Positions 7,530 to 12,468 of a DNA stretch of 12,468 nt are shown here, in pieces; positions within the stretch are counted from its first letter, which is position 1, and each line of letters opens with the position of its first letter. The notes below the pieces were generated by a model that saw nothing but the letters and a program-made list of their open reading frames with translations, made no database searches and was not told where the DNA came from. Source of the stretch: Planctomycetota bacterium (GTDB taxonomy: Bacteria > Planctomycetota > GCA-002687715 > DRQF01); contig JALTLO010000133.1 of assembly GCA_027001995.1 (NCBI GenBank), positions 63,838-76,305 on the forward strand. The letters run 5' to 3'. A program made the translations under genes and the position numbers.

Positions 7530-8372
7530 TCAAACTCCGGCCAAGGCTGCGGTCCGAGGTGATAGTCCCAAACGCTCCAACTCAGTCAGAAGCAAAGGAA
7601 CGAAACTGGTTGTCATGTCTTCGTTCAGCCGAAGCTCTGCGAACACACGATCTTCCAATGCTGGAGGTTCGCCATGACAGTTCTGCAAGCCCGCCCTTTG
7701 GGTGAGGCATTCTCCAGCGTAAATGAGAATAGTCAAATAGCGATGCTCTACAGGTGCAACCAAAGGGTCATGGTGAAGGCCAGTGGCGATTGTCAAAGAA
7801 TCCGGAAGTCCTGCGGCGCGAAAGAGCTCTTCAGCGACTTCGCAATGATCCGTGTCGCTATAGAGACGCTCATGATCAACCAATCTGGTCCCTGTGGCAA
7901 GGGCTGCGTTCCAGGCCAAGGCTGTCTCTTCTTTACGCTCACGACAGAGAAGGTCGAAACCCAAATCATGGATGAGGCCTGCTGTTCTCGCCTCTTCCAC
8001 CAAGGGGATCTGGGCGGCTCGCGCCACCAATGATGCCCCCGTTGCCACGGAGACACTCTCGTAAACGAAAGCTTTCCAGCTGACTGGTGTTTCTGAATCC
8101 ACTGAATCGTCTGGGATCAATTCGACCTCATAAGTCAGATCGCGAATCGTTTTGCGGCCCAGAAGAAAGACCGCCCGATCCAGCCGTTCAATAGACGTGG
8201 TGGCCGAGAACGTGCTTGAATTCGCCAACGCCAACACATGCAGTGCAAAGTCAGGAGTGAAATAGAGGGCACCAACAATGAGGTCAGAACCAAATTCTTC
8301 CAACTCCAGGATTTGCCTCAGGTATTCGAACCACTGAGAATTGCGGACTTTGAGATCTTTCAGGGTAAACAT
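7530..8372 (-). CDS. HDOD domain protein (divergent)
   Basis: VLALANSSTF, IERLDRAVFLLG, TAGLIHDLG, ER....TDHCEVA, LP.......HHDP. The ATG at 8372 overlaps the upstream TAA (TAATG) and has a GGGGAG site, so it is preferred over the track start at 8429. Confidence 0.85.
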   Translation of the reverse strand: MFTLKDLKVRNSQWFEYLRQILELEEFGSDLIVGALYFTPDFALHVLALANSSTFSATTSIERLDRAVFLLGRKTIRDLTYEVELIPDDSVDSETPVSWKAFVYESVSVATGASLVARAAQIPLVEEARTAGLIHDLGFDLLCRERKEETALAWNAALATGTRLVDHERLYSDTDHCEVAEELFRAAGLPDSLTIATGLHHDPLVAPVEHRYLTILIYAGECLTQRAGLQNCHGEPPALEDRVFAELRLNEDMTTSFVPLLLTELERLGLSPRTAALAGV

Positions 8373-9514
8373 TAAACAAGACTCCCCATTGGTGTCTTTG
8401 TGGCATTCTTGAGGATGAGTTCGCTGCAAACTTGATGCATGATCTCGAAACTCGTCACCTTAGAGCGGCTCGCACGATCAAGATCATCCCAAGTGATTTC
8501 ATCTTGATCCAAGAAAACGGATGCCACACTGGGATCAAAATGCGTCCCCGTATCCTTCTTGATGATGTTAATGGCCACATCGAAGGTCATGGGATCTTTG
8601 TAGCAACGTTTACTTCTCAAAGCGTCATAGACGTCAGCAATAGCGAAAATCCTCGCCGCTAGGGGGATATCTTGGCCTCGGAGCTGTTCTGGATATCCAG
8701 CACCGTTCCATTTCTCGTGGTGGTAGTAAGGGATATCTGAGGCCCGCTCCAAATACTGAATTCGACCTAAGAACGCCTTGGCAAGGTTGGTGTGTTCCTT
8801 CATAGTCTCGAATTCGTCGAAGGTGAGTTTGCCAGGCTTCAAAAGTATAGCGTCTGGAATGCCAATTTTTCCGATGTCATGCAGCAAGGAGCCACGGTAT
8901 ATATCTTTGAGGTCTTCACCTTCAATTCCCATCAACATGGCGAGATAGCAAGTGAAATAAGCGACTCGAATGGAATGGCCCGCTGTGGCTTTTTCCCGGG
9001 AGTCCAAAGCAAGAACCAGTGCTTTGAGAGTCTCTTCGTAAGTCTCTTCCAGATTGAGATTCGCTTTGACCAAAGAGCGAGCTCGTTTACCAAGTTCTTG
9101 AGTGAAGTTTTGGGTGGTTTTTTGTCCTTGAAGTTCAAGTCGTTGTTTTTCGAGTGCAAGCTTAATGGAAGGAACCAAGTCGTCGAGTTCACTGTTTTCG
9201 ACTAAATAGGTTTCCGAAACTCCACTGCGAAATGCTTCTATCAGTCGGTGACTGGAATCTGCCACACAACTGCAGATTGCGATGACCGCACCGGCGTTGT
9301 GTTCCGTCCTCAGAATTTGCAGTGTTGTTTGGATGTTTTGCATTTCGCTGATGTCAACGAGAACAGCATAAGGGCAACCGGTTGCCTTGAGTTCGGTAAC
9401 CGACTCGTCACATCCGAACCGGGCACGTCTGAGCTCGGGCAAAATGGTTCGCCTGAAAAGGGCGGTCTGATTGTGAATGGCAATTAAGCCAGAACGCGAA
9501 TTGAGTCCACCCAC
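8372..9514 (-). CDS. HD-GYP domain phosphodiesterase (probably c-di-GMP) with degenerate N-terminal receiver domain, RpfG-like
   Basis: TAGHSIRVA, LLHDIGKIGIPDAILLKPGKL, MKEHT, HHEKWNGAGYP, IPLAARIFAIADVYDAL..RCYK, GTHFDP. N-terminal REC-like fold plus coiled-coil linker. GTG start with AGGA upstream; exact start uncertain. Confidence 0.93.
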   Translation of the reverse strand: MGGLNSRSGLIAIHNQTALFRRTILPELRRARFGCDESVTELKATGCPYAVLVDISEMQNIQTTLQILRTEHNAGAVIAICSCVADSSHRLIEAFRSGVSETYLVENSELDDLVPSIKLALEKQRLELQGQKTTQNFTQELGKRARSLVKANLNLEETYEETLKALVLALDSREKATAGHSIRVAYFTCYLAMLMGIEGEDLKDIYRGSLLHDIGKIGIPDAILLKPGKLTFDEFETMKEHTNLAKAFLGRIQYLERASDIPYYHHEKWNGAGYPEQLRGQDIPLAARIFAIADVYDALRSKRCYKDPMTFDVAINIIKKDTGTHFDPSVASVFLDQDEITWDDLDRASRSKVTSFEIMHQVCSELILKNATKTPMGSLV

Positions 9515-9956
9515 GGGGTATTCCTGCCTTCCGGGTCTTTCCCGGTCGTTGAGCCGTCTGGACGTAAACTTGACTGCTTCCCATATCGGCGCCCCAATGG
9601 GGCATGGTTGAGTAAGTAAAGAGGGAATGGATGCATTTGCCCTCTTTTTGAGGCAAAATCACTACATTCCGCTCAAATTGAGGCTTCCCAACTAGGGAAT
9701 TGGTTGGGATTTAGGGCAGGGGGTACAAATTGTCCTGGGGCATTCACCCGCTTGTGGCTTTCGACCTCAAATATGCAATGACGGAGGGTAGAACCTGGTG
9801 ATAATCCGAAACTGAGAATGACCAAGGGAGGATAAATTGTCCGATTTGCAGGAGACACCATCTCCACAAGAAGGAGAAAATGAAGATAGAATCCCTGCTG
9901 CGGGTTAAGATCATGACCATCGAAAAGTCTGTGACTCGGAGGCTGGGGCGGTCATC

Positions 9957-11063
9957 TCAGGAAACCGCTTGATAGGCAGAATCTCGCTTCTGTGGTCGAA
10001 AGCCAGCGTCCCCAATATGGGCGCGAATCGCCTCCTCCGTCATGCAATCGTAAGTTGATCCAGCGGAACTCACGACATTTTCCTCAATCATAGTGGAGCC
10101 AAAGTCGTCCGCACCAAACATCAGCGCTTCTGCAGCGATCACAGGCCCCATCGTTGGCCACGAGGCGCCAATATGTGGGACACTGTCGAGAAAGAGGCGA
10201 CTCAATGCGCTATGGCGCAGGTATTCTTCTCTTTCAGCCCCCAATTTGACGCCCTTTTTGTTGCCGAAGACTTCTCCGTAGCGACTTTCAAATTGCAATG
10301 GCCACATAACGAAGGAAAGGAAACCTCGCCCGTAGGCAGCCATACTTTTATCTTGGGTATCTCGAATACCTTGGAGGGCATTGAAGCGATGAGTCGGCTC
10401 CTCCCCAAAACCAATCACCTGAGATGCGCTGGTAAGAAGTCCCAAGGAGTGGGCATCTGACATACAGGATAGCCATCCGGTGCTCATGAGTTTCTTAGGT
10501 GAAACACGTTCACGGATTTCATCATCCAGGATCTCGCCTCCGCCCCCGGGAAGACCATCTAACCCAGCAGTTTTCAAAGATTCCAAGACCTGCAAACAGG
10601 ACGTGCCTTCAACTTGGGCGATGTGATCAATTTCCGGGGGAGAAAAAGCGTTCAACTCTACCTGGGGAAAGCGCGTCTTCAGGTTCTTCAACATGTTTAC
10701 ATAGAAATCGAGGCGCAACTCCGGGTGGTGACCACCTTGAAGAAGAATTCTTGTGCCGCCGAGGGCAACCGTCTCTTCAACTTTCTTGAAGAGTTCCGTT
10801 TCAGAGATGACATAGGATTCTTTATGACCCAAGGGACGATAGAATTCGCAGAATTTGCAATCCGTCACGCAAACATTGGTGTAGTTGATATTGCGATCTA
10901 CCAAGTAGGTGACAACTTCGTCACCGTTAAGTCGTTGACGCATGCGATTTGCGGCTTGTCCTAAGGAGTTAAGATCAGCATGGAGAAACAACTCGACACT
11001 CTCTTGGACGGAAAGGCGTTCTTGACCTTCTGATACATCTGAAAGGAGTTTCTCATAGTTCAT
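9957..11063 (-). CDS. mqnC: Cyclic dehypoxanthinyl futalosine synthase, radical SAM (futalosine menaquinone pathway)
   Basis: VTYLVDRNINYTNVCVTDCKFCEFYR (CxxxCxxC), GGTRILLQGGHHP, FSPPEI, LPGGGGEIL, GADDFGSTMIEENVVSSAG, and QKRD favour MqnC within the CofH/MqnC/MqnE family. Confidence 0.85.
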   Translation of the reverse strand: MNYEKLLSDVSEGQERLSVQESVELFLHADLNSLGQAANRMRQRLNGDEVVTYLVDRNINYTNVCVTDCKFCEFYRPLGHKESYVISETELFKKVEETVALGGTRILLQGGHHPELRLDFYVNMLKNLKTRFPQVELNAFSPPEIDHIAQVEGTSCLQVLESLKTAGLDGLPGGGGEILDDEIRERVSPKKLMSTGWLSCMSDAHSLGLLTSASQVIGFGEEPTHRFNALQGIRDTQDKSMAAYGRGFLSFVMWPLQFESRYGEVFGNKKGVKLGAEREEYLRHSALSRLFLDSVPHIGASWPTMGPVIAAEALMFGADDFGSTMIEENVVSSAGSTYDCMTEEAIRAHIGDAGFRPQKRDSAYQAVS

Positions 11064-12439
11064 TTTTTCTTCTCTTCCTGAAACGATTCCTCTGTGAACT
11101 TAGTTTCCTTACGTAGGATATTACACACATCGAGCCACTTGTTCACTGGTACATGGCGAAGATAATAAACCTGATTTTCAACATGCAGGACGCCCGACCG
11201 CAGTCCACAGGAGGTTATCGTTTGGTCGACATCTGCGTCCATTGATTCCATCTCGGTAAGATTCTTCAGGGCGGCATCGCTGAACTCTGCTGCATCTTGG
11301 GGCGAATCCCAAACGCTCACCCAAACAAGGACATCAGCGAGGCCCTCTCCGCCATAGACGACATAAGAATCTCCATCCCATCCTCCGTGAATTCTGCCTC
11401 TTTCCTTACCCTTAAATCCGAAATCGGTGAGCCAAGAGCGCAGGCGCAATTCGCCCAGTGTATTGCCGGCAATTTTCGCCATCTGATTGCCCAAAGTCCG
11501 AGCAAGATTAGGAATCTCCACGGCTTGAGGAGCGTCATACTCGACGTCATATTTCTTAGGATGAAGGATCTGCTCTGTGGATTGGGGGGGGCGCTTGAAA
11601 GCCAGATCCATGGCCTTCACTCCGCCTTTCTTGATGAGATGATTGCAGAACTTGGCACCACCGTAGTAGCAGAATATCATCTCATCGCCATCGACGATGG
11701 GGACAGCCATGAGGGCGTCCATGTTAAGCCCATCGCCCCCCGGTCCTTTCACCCCCATTTTCTTTGCCATCTCGAGCTGAGGTTTGATGCCAGCAATATC
11801 ATCGGGCACCATAGGACCCATTCCCATGATCATTTTCGTCTGCTTGAGGCCGTATTGATAGGCTGTCATCAACCAAGTTGCATCACCTTCAACCAAAGAT
11901 TTCCTTGCAGTAATCTTGTCGTCATTGGCAGCAATAGCGCTGAGAAAAGTGGACAGATTAAAGTGTTGATCTTGCAGAGCATGAACGAGTTCATGAGTCA
12001 TGATGACCTTGTCCATCTCCAAACCAGCTGCGTCATTGGCGGCGCGGCGTACCAAGAACAATTCCTTTTTGCTGGGATTGTAGAAGCCAGCGATCTGTTC
12101 GGAGAGAAGTTTGAGGGCAGAGGCGCGCAAATCCGTGTCCCGGTCATAGAGGCCTAACATCACCATAGCGCGCTGATGCTTGTCGGCCACTTCCGGGGTC
12201 AACTCTTTGTCAAGCTCTTGCGTTAAGAAATTGCGAAGGGTCTCAACGTCATGAACGCCCACGGCTGTGGGGTTGAGGTAGGGAAGTTCCCGAAGCTCAG
12301 CAACCTTTTCTTCGACTTCCCTGGCCAGTTGTTGTGCTTTCGCTTCAGGTGTTTTTTCCTGCTGCACCGCCGCCGATGCCCAGTTGGACGAGAAAACCGA
12401 GGTGAAGAGGACAAGGGACAGCAAGAAACGATGGGCCAT
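11060..12439 (-). CDS. Secreted putative zinc metallopeptidase (HEXXH...E, gluzincin-like; resembles DUF6782/Hvo_1808-type proteins)
   Basis: Signal peptide MAHRFLLSLVLFTSVFSSNWASA, IAGFYNP, THELVHALQDQHF (HEXXH at 11981-11995), LVEGDA, PPQSTEQILHP, TLGE, GWDGD, WDSPQDAAEF. ATGA overlap with mqnC; AAGGA upstream of the start. Confidence 0.8.
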   Translation of the reverse strand: MAHRFLLSLVLFTSVFSSNWASAAVQQEKTPEAKAQQLAREVEEKVAELRELPYLNPTAVGVHDVETLRNFLTQELDKELTPEVADKHQRAMVMLGLYDRDTDLRASALKLLSEQIAGFYNPSKKELFLVRRAANDAAGLEMDKVIMTHELVHALQDQHFNLSTFLSAIAANDDKITARKSLVEGDATWLMTAYQYGLKQTKMIMGMGPMVPDDIAGIKPQLEMAKKMGVKGPGGDGLNMDALMAVPIVDGDEMIFCYYGGAKFCNHLIKKGGVKAMDLAFKRPPQSTEQILHPKKYDVEYDAPQAVEIPNLARTLGNQMAKIAGNTLGELRLRSWLTDFGFKGKERGRIHGGWDGDSYVVYGGEGLADVLVWVSVWDSPQDAAEFSDAALKNLTEMESMDADVDQTITSCGLRSGVLHVENQVYYLRHVPVNKWLDVCNILRKETKFTEESFQEEKKK

Positions 12440-12468
12440 GGAGAAATTCCTTCTATCGAACAGCGAAG

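Noticed and set aside
9515..9660. c-di-GMP-I (GEMM) riboswitch suggested by minus-strand AGGGCAAA upstream of an HD-GYP gene
   Set aside because: The following GNRA-capped P2 stem and GCAAAG junction are absent; kept only as unspecified hairpins.
11297..12157. 286-aa plus-strand ORF
   Set aside because: Lies wholly antisense to the well-supported peptidase gene and has no recognisable motif; typical shadow ORF.
1..12468. Remaining 60-165-aa ORFs in the track, and a visual search for tRNA, rRNA, CRISPR and IS elements
   Set aside because: These ORFs overlap well-supported genes or lack motifs. No repeat-spacer array, cloverleaf, transposase or terminal repeats were seen.

Overview
Bacterial genomic window of roughly 50% GC with 12 supportable protein genes, 11 on the minus strand. 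In coordinate order: the 5' end of sufB (absent from the ORF track; TTG start overlapping the stop of an Rrf2/IscR-type SUF regulator); a tldE(pmbA)-tldD metalloprotease pair; a stand-alone CTP-synthase-type glutamine amidotransferase domain that has lost its catalytic residues; a divergent acyl-CoA dehydrogenase followed by a hairpin terminator; a tightly coupled four-gene signalling operon (pseudo-REC/HD-GYP -> HDOD -> single-domain REC -> PAS protein ending in a His-less 'GRELRM' helix) with no kinase or cyclase; and mqnC coupled to a secreted HEXXH zinc-peptidase-like gene. I saw no rRNA, tRNA, CRISPR array or mobile element. The best candidates for undescribed biology are the kinase-less signalling operon and the amidotransferase pseudoenzyme upstream of tldD-tldE. 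All family calls come from motif recognition by eye; no database searches were run.
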